A stretch of 64,000 bases of DNA from Gammaproteobacteria bacterium (GCA_009692265.1 SHZM01000006.1:3080-67079); one strand, 5' to 3'; counted from the first letter of the stretch, positions 49,154 to 59,470 are shown. The notes: generated by a model from the sequence alone, not told the origin. Numbers and translations are program-made.

Positions 49154-51109
49154 TTAATGCCCCCAACGCTCACGCCATGACTCGAACATCAACACTCCCC
49201 ACAACATATATTGGAGGTTTTGCGCGCCTGCCAGGTGCGCGCGCCACGCGGATCGGATCGGCCCCGGATTGAAATACCCTGCTTGGCTAAGCCGCGATTC
49301 GGCGAGGAGATCTTCGGCCCATTCGCGCAGCGGGCCGCGCAGCCAGCTATCAATCGGGATCCCGAATCCTATCTTTGGGCGTTCGAACATGGCGCGGGGG
49401 ACATGCCGCGCGAGCACCTCGCGCAATACCCACTTTCCCTTATTCTCACGAACCTTCCAGGCATGCGGCATTCGCCACGCGAGCTCCACGACTTCGTGAT
49501 CCAAGAACGGCACTCGGGCCTCTAGACTTACTGCCATGCTTGCGCGGTCAACTTTAGTAAGAATGTCTCCCGGCAGGTAATGCAATGAATCCAATAGCAT
49601 CATCTTCTCCACAAAGTCGATGCCATTTGGCAGGGTCGCGGCAAGCGCCTGAATACTTGCCGGCTCGCGGGCGTCCAAAACGATTTCGTCCGGGCTCTGC
49701 CACAAAGAGATCAGGCTTTGATACATCGTCAGTGGAGCGTCGATCGCCAACAAGCGCGCAAGCTTATGCAGCTTGTCACCAGGTGTCGGCTGCCGTAAAC
49801 GCGCGGGCAGTACCGGCTGTAGTTTCGTAAACACGCGATCCCAGGTCAGTGGAGAAACAGCGCTTATCGCGCGCGCTCCGGCTTGCCGGACAATCTGCGG
49901 CAGGCACTGTTGATGTCGCCATAACGCCGTCGCGAGCGAATATCGCGAGTAGCCCGCGAATAATTCATCCCCGGCATCACCGGACATCGCCACCGTGACG
50001 TGGCGGCGCGCGAGGGCACACACCAGGTAAGTTGGGATCTGCGAGGAGTCGGCAAACGGCTCGTCGAACATCGTCGCTAATTGTGGGATGACCGCCTGGG
50101 TTTCCTCCGGGCTGACGTAAAGTTCGGTGTGATCGGTGCCAAGATGCTTGGCGACTGCTCGCGCATACGGTGCCTCGTCATAGTCTGGCACCGTAAACCC
50201 AATGCTGAACGTGCGTACAGGACGCGAACTCTGCGCCTGCATCAGAGCAACAATGGTGGAGGAATCAATTCCGCCAGATAGAAACGCGCCTAACGGCACA
50301 TCCGCAACCATCCGCAGTCCGACCGATTTTTTCAGCGCCTGTTCCAGGAGTTCAACACCTTCTTCCGCGCTACAGGACAACAGATCACGTTTGGCGTGAG
50401 CCACGGCATCCGTCATAGACCAATAGGCGCGAGGTGGGGCAAGTTGAGAGCCATCGGCTTTTAGAGTGAGAAAAGTCCCCGGGACTAGTTTGCGAAATCC
50501 TCGATAGACGCAGTGAGGCTCCGGGATGTAGTTATGGCGCAGATAAAGCGACAGCACATCGCGATCGATCTCGGGCCGAAATCCTGGCCAGGCGTGGAGC
50601 GCTTTCAATTCAGAGGTGAACAGGAAGGTGCCGCCGGACCAACCGTAATAGAGCGGCTTTTCGCCTATTCGATCGCGCGCGAGATGCAGCACGCGCTCGC
50701 GTCGATCCCATAACGCGATCGCGAACATGCCATTGCTGCGCCTGAGGGTTTCCTCAACGCCCCAGGCGGAAAATCCTTCAAGGAGAACTTCGGTATCCGA
50801 GTAACCCACGAACTGCGCGCCACCTTGGGCAAGTTCGCCGCGGAGTGCGGCGAAATTATAAATTTCGCCATTGAACACCGTGACGTAGCGTTCGCACTTG
50901 GAATGCATGGGTTGTGCGCCGGCTGGCGAAAGATCAAGGATCGAGAGGCGACGATGGCCCAGTGCAATGCCTGCGGGGGCATCGACCCAAATGTCACCGG
51001 CGTCGGGACCTCGATGGAGTAAGGCGTCCGACATGCGTCGAACCTTGGTGGCGATATCGTGGTCCCTACCACGCGCCGCATTGTTCAATATTCCAGTAAT
51101 TCCACACAC
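49154..51109 (-). CDS. asnB: Asparagine synthase (glutamine-hydrolysing)
   Basis: N-terminal 'MCGITGILNN' holds the Ntn Cys. 'SGGIDSS' is the PP-loop motif. 651 aa. Confidence 0.9.
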   Translation of the reverse strand: MCGITGILNNAARGRDHDIATKVRRMSDALLHRGPDAGDIWVDAPAGIALGHRRLSILDLSPAGAQPMHSKCERYVTVFNGEIYNFAALRGELAQGGAQFVGYSDTEVLLEGFSAWGVEETLRRSNGMFAIALWDRRERVLHLARDRIGEKPLYYGWSGGTFLFTSELKALHAWPGFRPEIDRDVLSLYLRHNYIPEPHCVYRGFRKLVPGTFLTLKADGSQLAPPRAYWSMTDAVAHAKRDLLSCSAEEGVELLEQALKKSVGLRMVADVPLGAFLSGGIDSSTIVALMQAQSSRPVRTFSIGFTVPDYDEAPYARAVAKHLGTDHTELYVSPEETQAVIPQLATMFDEPFADSSQIPTYLVCALARRHVTVAMSGDAGDELFAGYSRYSLATALWRHQQCLPQIVRQAGARAISAVSPLTWDRVFTKLQPVLPARLRQPTPGDKLHKLARLLAIDAPLTMYQSLISLWQSPDEIVLDAREPASIQALAATLPNGIDFVEKMMLLDSLHYLPGDILTKVDRASMAVSLEARVPFLDHEVVELAWRMPHAWKVRENKGKWVLREVLARHVPRAMFERPKIGFGIPIDSWLRGPLREWAEDLLAESRLSQAGYFNPGPIRSAWRAHLAGAQNLQYMLWGVLMFESWRERWGH

Positions 51110-51478
51110 GGTGTTCTGCTACTTCCGTTTTCATAAAAGGCGCACAGAGTATTTCAGAACTTAGGTCTAGCACACGCCTTCAAGACCAGGCTCAGGGCGC
51201 GACCTGCGTTACCCGCGGGTGGTTGAGCTTAAAACAGGACATAAGCTTCGTGCGAATATCGATTTTTATTTTTATATCTTTGTTTATTATGATTAATATC
51301 TTCGCAAGTTTTAAAATTCAAAAGTGGGAGTGACCCTTCTCATCCCTGCGCGTGGGGTTTAACCGCGCAGAGATGCGTCTGCTTTGTGCTCGACTACCCC
51401 GCGCCAAAAGTTAAGTTGAACCGACCTTCGACATATGCGAACTTAGGCGCACGCTGGTGCTATACAGCATCGAACCCG

Positions 51479-53731
51479 ATGACTAAAAAAATAATCCTTG
51501 CCTCCATTCTGGCACTGTATGCGCTCGCTGCGCAGGCTAGGCCTAAAGAACGTTCACTAGACGAATACTGGTGGCTTTGCCCGATTGATCGGAGCGTCCC
51601 CGTGCGCCCTGAGTTTTCGAGTGAAGGTATCGCGCCCGGGAGCACCGAGGTGCGCTCGGATACCGCCCGCATCGTTGATCAAGAATCCACCTACTTCGCC
51701 GGCGACGCCGAACTCCTTCAGGGGAAGACAGCGATCAAAGCCAATGAAATTACCTACGATCAGCAGACCGAATCAGGTTCCGCGGAAGGGGACACCTCTA
51801 TCTGGAGTGATTCCTTCCTGTGGCGCGGTGAGCGGGCTCTGTTCGACCTCAACTTAAGCCGTTCCCGCCTTGAGCATGGCAGGTACTGGTTGATAGATCG
51901 GCAAGGCCGAGGTGTCGCGGACTTCATCAAGCGAGATGGGAAGGACAATATCACTCGCCTTACGGGAGTGGATTACACAACCTGTCCGCGAAACGCGGAA
52001 AGTTGGAAATTTTCAGCGTCAAAAATCAAACTTGATCACGATTTGGACCGTGGTTACGCGACTAACGCTATTCTGAAAGTTCGCGGCGTTCCCGTTTTCT
52101 ATATTCCGTATATCAATTTCCCGTTAAGCGGGAAACGAAAATCCGGATTCCTGACGCCCTCCATTAGGTCCTCAAATGAATCAGGTCTGGATCTCCAAAT
52201 CCCGTACTATCTCAACCTCGCACCGAACCAGGATGCGACAGTTGCGCCCCGTATTATTGCCGATCGAGGAGAAATGCTGACGGGCGAATATCGCTACATG
52301 GGCCGTACGTTTGGCAGCCAACTTACGTTCGAAGTACTACCGAGTGACGATCTTGCCGGCGGCGAGAACCGGTCGTCAGTCTCCTTTGCGCACCAGCAAA
52401 GGTATGCCGACGATCGCGGCTATCTCAATGCGCTTATCCAGAATGTGTCCGACGCGCAGTATTTTGAGGACTTTGGACATAGCCTAAGCGTTACCAGTCA
52501 GCGCTATCTGGATCGCCGAATCGAAACGACTTATCACGGCCAGCAAATTTCCGTCTACGGGATCATGCAGAGCTATCAGGATATTGATGACTCTGCTGAT
52601 GGTTCGCGTGGACCTTATCGGCGCATCCCGAAAATTCTGGCGCAAACTCGCTTTCCACGACGTCATCTGACGCCGCATTTCTACGCATTGTCTGAATTAA
52701 CCTATTTCGATCGCGATGCCAGTGTTACGGGTGCCCGGCTAGATATTGAACCGACTGTTTCACTCCCCATTATCAAACCATGGGCCGACGTCAATCCTGC
52801 GCTTGGTGTCCGCTACACCGACTATCAATTGACGAACTCACTGAATTTTGACGACCACGAAAACCGCACCGTCCCGGTTTTAAGTATGGATGGACAGTTG
52901 TTTTTTGAACGTCGCTTTGAATTTTGGGACTCTCGCATGTTGCAGACCTTAGAGCCGCGAGCGTTTTACTTATTGATCCCTAAAGTGGGGCAAAGCGAAT
53001 TCCCGGTATTCGATTCCGGCTTATTTGATTTTTCGTTCATTAATTTGTTTAGAAATAACCGCTTTTCCGGCCGTGATCGAATTGGCGACGCGAATCAACT
53101 CGCGCTCGCGGTCACTTCCCGCAATTTCAGTTTGGAATCAGGCCATGAATTGTTTCGCACCAGCCTTGGTCAAATCTATTATTTTCGCGACCGCGAAATT
53201 GCAGTCCCTGGACTAACCATCAGCGATAGCAGCTCCTCGGAATTAATTGGCGAATTTGCGACCTATCTGAGCGACGCCTGGTCCGGGAGGGTAACCATGC
53301 AATGGGATCCTGACTCGAGTCGAACGAATAAATCGGCATTCTCCGTGCGCTACGCGCCGGCGGACGGCACAATCATGAACGTCGCGTACCGGCAACGGAA
53401 TCTTACCCCCGACACCCGGCGCCGCGCGCTTAGCGACATAGAGCAAGCCGATGTGTCGTTTCGGCTCCCGCTAACCGAAAATCTGAGTGTGGTTGGGCGC
53501 TGGGCGTATTCGCTGCAAAATCAGCAGGCGCTAGAAGTGGTCGGTGGTCTTGAGTATGAAAGCTGTTGTTGGGGGATTCGCTTGTTCAGCCGCCGCTTTA
53601 TCCGCAACGTCGAAGGCGAATTCGACAACGCCATTTTTATTCAAGCCGAATTCAAGGGCCTGGGTGGGCTCGGTCGTAGCGCATCGTCCTTCTTGAGGAA
53701 AAGCATCCCTGGTTACGACCCCTTGTTTTGA
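51479..53731 (+). CDS. lptD: LPS-assembly outer-membrane protein LptD
   Basis: The signal peptide is 'MTKKIILASILALYALAAQA'. It has an OstA-like N-terminal domain and a large C-terminal beta-barrel. ~750 aa. Confidence 0.85.
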   Translation: MTKKIILASILALYALAAQARPKERSLDEYWWLCPIDRSVPVRPEFSSEGIAPGSTEVRSDTARIVDQESTYFAGDAELLQGKTAIKANEITYDQQTESGSAEGDTSIWSDSFLWRGERALFDLNLSRSRLEHGRYWLIDRQGRGVADFIKRDGKDNITRLTGVDYTTCPRNAESWKFSASKIKLDHDLDRGYATNAILKVRGVPVFYIPYINFPLSGKRKSGFLTPSIRSSNESGLDLQIPYYLNLAPNQDATVAPRIIADRGEMLTGEYRYMGRTFGSQLTFEVLPSDDLAGGENRSSVSFAHQQRYADDRGYLNALIQNVSDAQYFEDFGHSLSVTSQRYLDRRIETTYHGQQISVYGIMQSYQDIDDSADGSRGPYRRIPKILAQTRFPRRHLTPHFYALSELTYFDRDASVTGARLDIEPTVSLPIIKPWADVNPALGVRYTDYQLTNSLNFDDHENRTVPVLSMDGQLFFERRFEFWDSRMLQTLEPRAFYLLIPKVGQSEFPVFDSGLFDFSFINLFRNNRFSGRDRIGDANQLALAVTSRNFSLESGHELFRTSLGQIYYFRDREIAVPGLTISDSSSSELIGEFATYLSDAWSGRVTMQWDPDSSRTNKSAFSVRYAPADGTIMNVAYRQRNLTPDTRRRALSDIEQADVSFRLPLTENLSVVGRWAYSLQNQQALEVVGGLEYESCCWGIRLFSRRFIRNVEGEFDNAIFIQAEFKGLGGLGRSASSFLRKSIPGYDPLF

Positions 53732-53776
53732 GGGGGTTTTGAGAGCGCTGCGTTACCGACACCGCCTCGAAGGACG

Positions 53777-54301
53777 CTACGGCACCTGAGTGCAGACTAG
53801 ACCGAGTACCTTTTCAAACGCCTGGTCGGCAAGGGCTCGCATCTCCTCATCGGTCCGATCTTGAATCGGATGCGCCACAAACAAATTATCCGGATGAAAG
53901 CCGACCGCTTCGCCCTGCGTTATCGCCGCCGTCTTGAATACTTCGGAGGCGATAAAACCGCCGGGGATACCACGACTGTCGAGCTCTCTGATGTCATGCA
54001 AACTGCACGACGTACAGGAACCTCAGTCTGCCAATCCTTCGACCACGACATCACATTGACTGGCAATTTCTTGCACCAGACTGATCGGCGCAGGCCGCGT
54101 AAACGTGGGTTTTTTATAGCGCTTCGTACTCACGCCGCGGAGATTAAACAGTTGCTCGATTCGATCGAGAAATACGTTACCGCGCGCTTTAGAGATATCG
54201 AGCAGGCCGACGGTCAAACCGGTCAGCGAAGCGGGCTTTGTCAGCGGCGCACGCTGTATCGGATCGAGTTCGCCCGTAGGGTCCAGCAATATTGCCTTCA
54301 T
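53777..54301 (-). CDS. Candidate UGSC-family selenoprotein (in-frame TGA at 54023-54025)
   Basis: The minus strand reads 'MKAILLD…VVEGLAD-TGA-GSCTSCSLHDIRELD…LGLV'. The TGA sits inside a U-G-S-C-T-S-C (UxxCxxC) motif. A 7-8 bp hairpin begins 11 nt 3' of the TGA. The ATG overlaps the upstream gene's stop (ATGA). If TGA is a true stop, this is instead a 92-codon ORF. Confidence 0.5.
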
Positions 54302-55746
54302 GGTGTAATCTCCTTGGTAACGGGATCCGTGCCTAACGATCCCTTCATCAGCCACCCGGGGATGATAGCGGAAAAAAGTCCGGCCGCACCGCCAGCGCGC
54401 ACCAGACTCAAACCGCCGTGACGAAACTTGGGCATTGTGGGCGGAACATCGGCGACACTAACCAGCGCCTTATCGGTGCCCATGCCGAGATCTTGCGCCG
54501 GAATCTGTAAGTGCTCGTGTAGCGCCGCGACTACCTCAGCCTTACTCCAACCAGCTTCATCAAACACCCGCCCATGCTCAGGACCGATAACAATCACCAC
54601 GTCCGCCGCATTAGCGATGTCGATATGATTAATGCCGCGCAGACTGCCAGCCAGCGAATAAATTAGCCCGGCGGGTGCGCGTGATTTCTGATCAAGGCAA
54701 CCGAGCGGGCCGTCAGCGCTAAACAGCGTCACGCTCGATCGCTCGCGGCTGATGCCATGATCTTCAGCCAGGGTCGTCCACGGCGTGTTTTCGTCTTCAG
54801 CAAAGCAAAACGTGTATTTAGCCGGTGTACCGAAAGTCGATTGATCGGCCTCCAGCGGTTTACCGCCACCAACGTTGCGCACCACCAATTGCAGCGCTCG
54901 GCCAATCGTTGCGTTGGCGCGATTACCCTGTCCCAGGACGTTGCCTTGCCAGTTCATTCCGATGGCTTCCCGCACGGGGCCATTCACGATGATCATCGGC
55001 GCTGAAAACCAGGTCGTTGCCAATAGGCCGTGCAGACAGAACACCGGATCTAACGCGGCCTCGACCGCCGCGAGCACGACCGGTAAGTACTCAGGTTTGC
55101 AGCCCGCCATGACCGCATTAATGGCGACTTTCTCCACGCTACAAGGAGAAAGATTAGGCGGCATCGCGCCGAGAATTTCGTTGGGATCGCGCGTGGTCCC
55201 TGTGAGCATCCGATAAACTCTTTCTTCAGTGGGAGGAACAAGCGGTAGCCCGTCGCTCCAACCGCGTTCGAAACACCATTCAAACTCATCTTCGAGTGGG
55301 GGCACTTCAATCCGTCGCGCCTGCATTGTGCGGGTGCCATAACGCACCGCCAAACGCTCGGCAATCCCAGGTTCAACGGAGACCGATCCACAGCCGGGTC
55401 GGTATGCCGGCAATTCGGGGGCCAGCGCGGCTAGTCCCGTAAGTGCCTCCCACTCCGCTCGCTGCCACCCGACGGCGCGCGCTGCTTCGCGGCCGTCGGT
55501 GATTCGAATCAAGGTCGGTACGGTTTCGATCCCGAGCCGAAAGGAATATTCCAGTCCGCGATCGTCAATGACGTGCGAGTTCGACGAGAAAGTCGGATCG
55601 TCTTGGACGTAGACAGTGACCGATAGCCCACGGCTCTCGATACTTTTCAGGATAGGGTCGACCAATAGGCAGGTGGGGCAGTCGCGCTTGACGACCGCGA
55701 TGAGGCCTTCGGGGAATTGCATTATCAGCGCTCTACTTGGGCTCAC
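54298..55746 (-). CDS. Thioredoxin-fold (CPTC) N-terminal domain protein with large C-terminal domain of unknown function
   Basis: 'VVKRDCPTCLLVDPIL' is a CxxC thioredoxin/glutaredoxin-like motif. 482 aa. It is translationally coupled to the UGSC gene. Confidence 0.6.
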   Translation of the reverse strand: MSPSRALIMQFPEGLIAVVKRDCPTCLLVDPILKSIESRGLSVTVYVQDDPTFSSNSHVIDDRGLEYSFRLGIETVPTLIRITDGREAARAVGWQRAEWEALTGLAALAPELPAYRPGCGSVSVEPGIAERLAVRYGTRTMQARRIEVPPLEDEFEWCFERGWSDGLPLVPPTEERVYRMLTGTTRDPNEILGAMPPNLSPCSVEKVAINAVMAGCKPEYLPVVLAAVEAALDPVFCLHGLLATTWFSAPMIIVNGPVREAIGMNWQGNVLGQGNRANATIGRALQLVVRNVGGGKPLEADQSTFGTPAKYTFCFAEDENTPWTTLAEDHGISRERSSVTLFSADGPLGCLDQKSRAPAGLIYSLAGSLRGINHIDIANAADVVIVIGPEHGRVFDEAGWSKAEVVAALHEHLQIPAQDLGMGTDKALVSVADVPPTMPKFRHGGLSLVRAGGAAGLFSAIIPGWLMKGSLGTDPVTKEITP

Positions 55747-55799
55747 CCGGAGTATAGCCCAGCCCCTGGCTGCTTTGGCCAGGGGGGCTGCGGTCGCTC

Positions 55800-56951
55800 T
55801 TAGAAACCCCTCAATTTCGCGTACCGATCGCGGTGAAAGCTCGCATCGCCAAACAGCTGCTGAGCGACTCGCGCGCGCTTGAGGAAAAAGCCGATCTCTT
55901 CCGCATCGGTCATCCCGATCCCGCCATGCAGTTGGACCGCCTCGTTCGAAACCAATTCCAGGGTTTCGCTGGCCTTCGCTTTAGCCAGGCTCGCCAATAA
56001 CGCGAGGTCACTCGTCCGCTCATCGAGTGCGCTTAGTGCTGCGATAACAGCGGACTTCGTTAATTCAATCTCACAAAACATCAACGCCGCGCGATGCTTT
56101 AGCGCCTGGAAAGATCCGATCGGTACCCCGAACTGAGTCCGCAGGTTTAGGTAGGCGCGCGTGCGATCAAAGGCTTCCAGCGCGCTTCCCAACATCTCGG
56201 CGGCGAGACCGCTGCGCGCGCCGTCGAGCACCGGCTCGAGCAGGTTATACCCCGCATTGCACTCGCCCAACACGGCCTGCGCGCTGACTTCGACATTGGA
56301 GAATTGGAGGTTTGCGGCATTCCGAGAATCGACCATCGTCGTCCGTTGACAGGTGATTCCTTCGCACCGCGTATCAACGAGGAATAGCGTTAAGCCGCGC
56401 GGATCGTCGTCCGCGGCACCGGTACGCGCGACGACGATCAACTGATCCGCAACGTGACCGTCGAGCACACAGGTTTTGTTCCCGCTCAGACGATAGCCGG
56501 CGCCGGTGCGCTCGGCGCGCGTCGTAATCCGACACGGCTGATGTCGCGAGCCTTCTTCAAAGGCGAGCGCGACAATTCGCTCGCCAGTCGCAATCGCCGT
56601 CAGCGCATCGTCCTTTTGCGCGGCACTCCCACCGACCGCGATCAGCGGCGCCGCCGTCAGGGCTGTGGAGACTAGCGGCGATGCCGCCAGTTGGCGACCG
56701 GATTCTTCGAAGATCTGCCCAATTCCACGATAGCCGAAAGCGGTACCGCCGTATTCTTCCGGAATCAGGATTCCAGCCCAACCGAGTGCGGCCATCTCTC
56801 GCCAACGTTCACGATCGAATCCGACCGGATCGTTATCGTCCCGTAATTTTCGTAACGTATTGATTGGCATTTTCTGAGTGAAGAAATCGTGTGCTGATTG
56901 TTTCAGCATCGTCTCTTCTTCCGTTAGTACCAGTGCGGCCTGGGCGATCAT
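55800..56951 (-). CDS. Acyl-CoA dehydrogenase family protein
   Basis: ACAD-like C-terminus '…QLHGGIGMTDAEEIGFFLKRA'. The start at 56951 forms an ATGA overlap with the upstream ACAD. Confidence 0.8.
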   Translation of the reverse strand: MIAQAALVLTEEETMLKQSAHDFFTQKMPINTLRKLRDDNDPVGFDRERWREMAALGWAGILIPEEYGGTAFGYRGIGQIFEESGRQLAASPLVSTALTAAPLIAVGGSAAQKDDALTAIATGERIVALAFEEGSRHQPCRITTRAERTGAGYRLSGNKTCVLDGHVADQLIVVARTGAADDDPRGLTLFLVDTRCEGITCQRTTMVDSRNAANLQFSNVEVSAQAVLGECNAGYNLLEPVLDGARSGLAAEMLGSALEAFDRTRAYLNLRTQFGVPIGSFQALKHRAALMFCEIELTKSAVIAALSALDERTSDLALLASLAKAKASETLELVSNEAVQLHGGIGMTDAEEIGFFLKRARVAQQLFGDASFHRDRYAKLRGF

Positions 56952-58153
56952 TCGGGCAGGCCCAAGACATTTTTCGCGATCACGTTCAGCTGGATCTCCG
57001 AAGTACCACCTTCGATCGAATTCCCCTTCGAGCGCAGCCATTGCCGACACACGGTCAGCTCCTCGGGCTCGAACCCTTCGCCTTCCCAACCGAGTGCGTT
57101 CATGCCCACGCATTTAAGGATCAATTCGAACTTTCGCTTGTTCTGTTCGGTGCCGTAATACTTGAACATGGAAGACGTGCCGCCATTCGCCGCACCGACC
57201 GCACTTTCTTGCCCGGCACGACGTAGCGAGAGTTCAAAGGCGTGATCATTCATTACGTGTTGAGCGACCGCATCGCGTAGCACGGGATCCGCGATCCTGC
57301 CGTCTGCATCGCCGAGGTATTTCCTAGCAACAATCTCAACCGATGGCACTGTGCCTCCGATAGCGCGACCAATCCGCGAGATCATCCCGCGTTCGTGCTG
57401 TAACAGCTGTTTCGCGATCTCCCAGCCACCGTTGACCTTGCCAATCAAATTCCGTTTTGGGACTTGGACATTGTCGAAAAACGTTTCGCAAAACACCGAG
57501 CCGCCACTGATCAATTTAATTGGACGGGTCTCGACCCCCGGGCTTTGCATATCAAACAGCAGAAAACTGATACCACCTTGCTTGGTGGTGGTATCTGTGC
57601 GCACGAGACAAAAAATCCAATCGGCGTAATTCGCGTAGGAAGTCCAAATCTTCTGTCCATTGACAAGGTAATGATCACCGCAGTCCTCGGCGCGCGTCTG
57701 TAGACTCGCTAAATCCGAGCCGGCGCCCGGCTCGCTATAACCCTGACACCATCGAATTTCGCCACGTGCGATCGGCGGCAAGTGTTCGGCCTTCTGCGCG
57801 ATGGTGCCGTATTGTAGAAGGACCGGACCGAGCATGCTGATCCCGAAACCAAAGAGCGGCGTGCGACAGTTCAAACTCTGCATTTCTTCCGTGAGGATCA
57901 GCGCCTCCTCGGGTGTAAGTCCACCACCACCATATTCCCTGGGCCATCTCGGCACGGTCCAGCCGCGCTCGACCATACAGTCGAACCACAGCTTGCTATC
58001 AGGCTGCGCAAAACTAGGATTTCGTCCACCCCAGACTCGTTCCTCGTCGGGAAGAGGGGTGCGCATTGAGTGCGGGCAATTCGCCTCCAACCAGGCGCGG
58101 GTGTCTGTTCGGAAGCTATCGAGCATAGTCATCGAGGTTCCTTTGTCGCACAC
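56948..58153 (-). CDS. Acyl-CoA dehydrogenase family protein
   Basis: 'GYSEPGAGSDLASLQTRAE…YLVNGQKIWTSYANYADW' is an ACAD signature. It pairs with the downstream ACAD, like a heteromeric FadE alpha/beta pair. Confidence 0.8.
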   Translation of the reverse strand: MCDKGTSMTMLDSFRTDTRAWLEANCPHSMRTPLPDEERVWGGRNPSFAQPDSKLWFDCMVERGWTVPRWPREYGGGGLTPEEALILTEEMQSLNCRTPLFGFGISMLGPVLLQYGTIAQKAEHLPPIARGEIRWCQGYSEPGAGSDLASLQTRAEDCGDHYLVNGQKIWTSYANYADWIFCLVRTDTTTKQGGISFLLFDMQSPGVETRPIKLISGGSVFCETFFDNVQVPKRNLIGKVNGGWEIAKQLLQHERGMISRIGRAIGGTVPSVEIVARKYLGDADGRIADPVLRDAVAQHVMNDHAFELSLRRAGQESAVGAANGGTSSMFKYYGTEQNKRKFELILKCVGMNALGWEGEGFEPEELTVCRQWLRSKGNSIEGGTSEIQLNVIAKNVLGLPE

Positions 58154-58249
58154 TGTAAAGGGATTTCGGTGCAGTCGATGGTGCCAAGACTAGCCCCGGG
58201 GCGCAACGGTATTGGATAAACTGTTAGTGGTGCGACTTCATACGGAATT

Positions 58250-59443
58250 GTGATTTTTATGAACAACGTTCCTGCGTCCGATAATCCGGACTCCGCGGAG
58301 AAAGAGCGGCGCGCGCTGGACCGTTTGTGTTTCGGCGATCAACTGGAATCAGAATTTCGTGCCCACTACGAAAAGTCCGCGGTGCAGACTCGGATTGCAC
58401 TGTGTTGGCTCGGTATCGTGTTAATTGGTCTCACCCCTGTTTACGACTCGCTGCTGTTGCATCCGTCAGCCGACTTGGTGCCAACGCTGCGCTGGATTCA
58501 ATTCGGATTGGAAATTCCGATGCTCGCCCTCGCTTTGGTAGTCGTCGTCACGCCAAGCTTGCAGTCCTGGTCAACCGCGATGATCGTTCTATCGGCCGTC
58601 GCCGCGGGTTTCGGGATCATTGTGCAACGCGTGCTTGGCGCTGAGTACAATTTTGAAGTCCCCCAGGATTTCGCGGCGGTGGTAAGCGCCGCGGTGTTTT
58701 TGCTTGGCCGCATTCGCTTCCGGATATTTCTGCCGTGGGCGTTGCTCATGGTGTCGGTCTCAACGGCCGTCGATCTTCTGATTTTCGGCACCACGAGCCG
58801 AATCCTGTATGCCTTGATTTCATCGTGGATGCTGCTCTGTATTGTCGCAATCGGCGGCTATTTTTTGGAACGCGGGGCGCGACTTAATTGGCTCCAGAGT
58901 ACACGTCTCCTGCAGCAAGCTCAGCACGATGGATTAACCGGTCTCCTTAACCGGCGCTACTTCGACGACGCAATGAGCCGCTTGCTACGAGGCTCTGCCC
59001 GCGAACATAAAAGCGTCAATTTACTTATTCTCGATGTCGACGATTTCAAAGCGTATAACGATTCCTACGGCCATCAAGCCGGTGACGAGTGCCTGCGAAA
59101 AATCAGTCGTTGGTTGGAATCGAACATGCGACGTCCGCGTGACTTTTGCGCGCGTATCGGCGGCGAGGAATTCGCCGCGGTGTGGTACGACACTGACTCG
59201 ACTAACGCTGTGCGTCTCGCCGAAAAATTGCGTACCGGAGTCGCCGACCTCGCGATCGAACATCGCCTCGCGAGCACCGGCTCGGTGGTCACCGCGTCCG
59301 CAGGTCTAGTCCAAATCAGGACTGTCCCCATGACGGAAAACATCGGGAACGTCGCTTCGGATCTGATCGCGCAGGCCGATGCTGCCCTGTACTTGGCGAA
59401 ACGCGAGGGTCGAAACCGGCTGGTGGCTGCAAGCGAGAACTAG
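58250..59443 (+). CDS. Membrane-anchored GGDEF-domain diguanylate cyclase
   Basis: The N-terminus has ~6 TM helices. The C-terminus has 'GLLNRRYF…LLILDVDDFKAYNDSYGHQAGDECL…RIGGEEFA' (GGEEF). Confidence 0.85.
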   Translation: MIFMNNVPASDNPDSAEKERRALDRLCFGDQLESEFRAHYEKSAVQTRIALCWLGIVLIGLTPVYDSLLLHPSADLVPTLRWIQFGLEIPMLALALVVVVTPSLQSWSTAMIVLSAVAAGFGIIVQRVLGAEYNFEVPQDFAAVVSAAVFLLGRIRFRIFLPWALLMVSVSTAVDLLIFGTTSRILYALISSWMLLCIVAIGGYFLERGARLNWLQSTRLLQQAQHDGLTGLLNRRYFDDAMSRLLRGSAREHKSVNLLILDVDDFKAYNDSYGHQAGDECLRKISRWLESNMRRPRDFCARIGGEEFAAVWYDTDSTNAVRLAEKLRTGVADLAIEHRLASTGSVVTASAGLVQIRTVPMTENIGNVASDLIAQADAALYLAKREGRNRLVAASEN

Positions 59444-59470
59444 TCCCAGGTAAGGGCAAAGAAAATCGCG

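Noticed and set aside
53777-54301. Interpretation as glycine/betaine reductase selenoprotein B (GrdB) because of the UxxCxxC motif
   Set aside because: GrdB-type proteins are ~430 aa with Sec near residue 350. Here Sec would be residue 93 of a 174-aa protein. The neighbour is a thioredoxin-fold protein, not GrdA/GrdE. The small UGSC-type family fits better.
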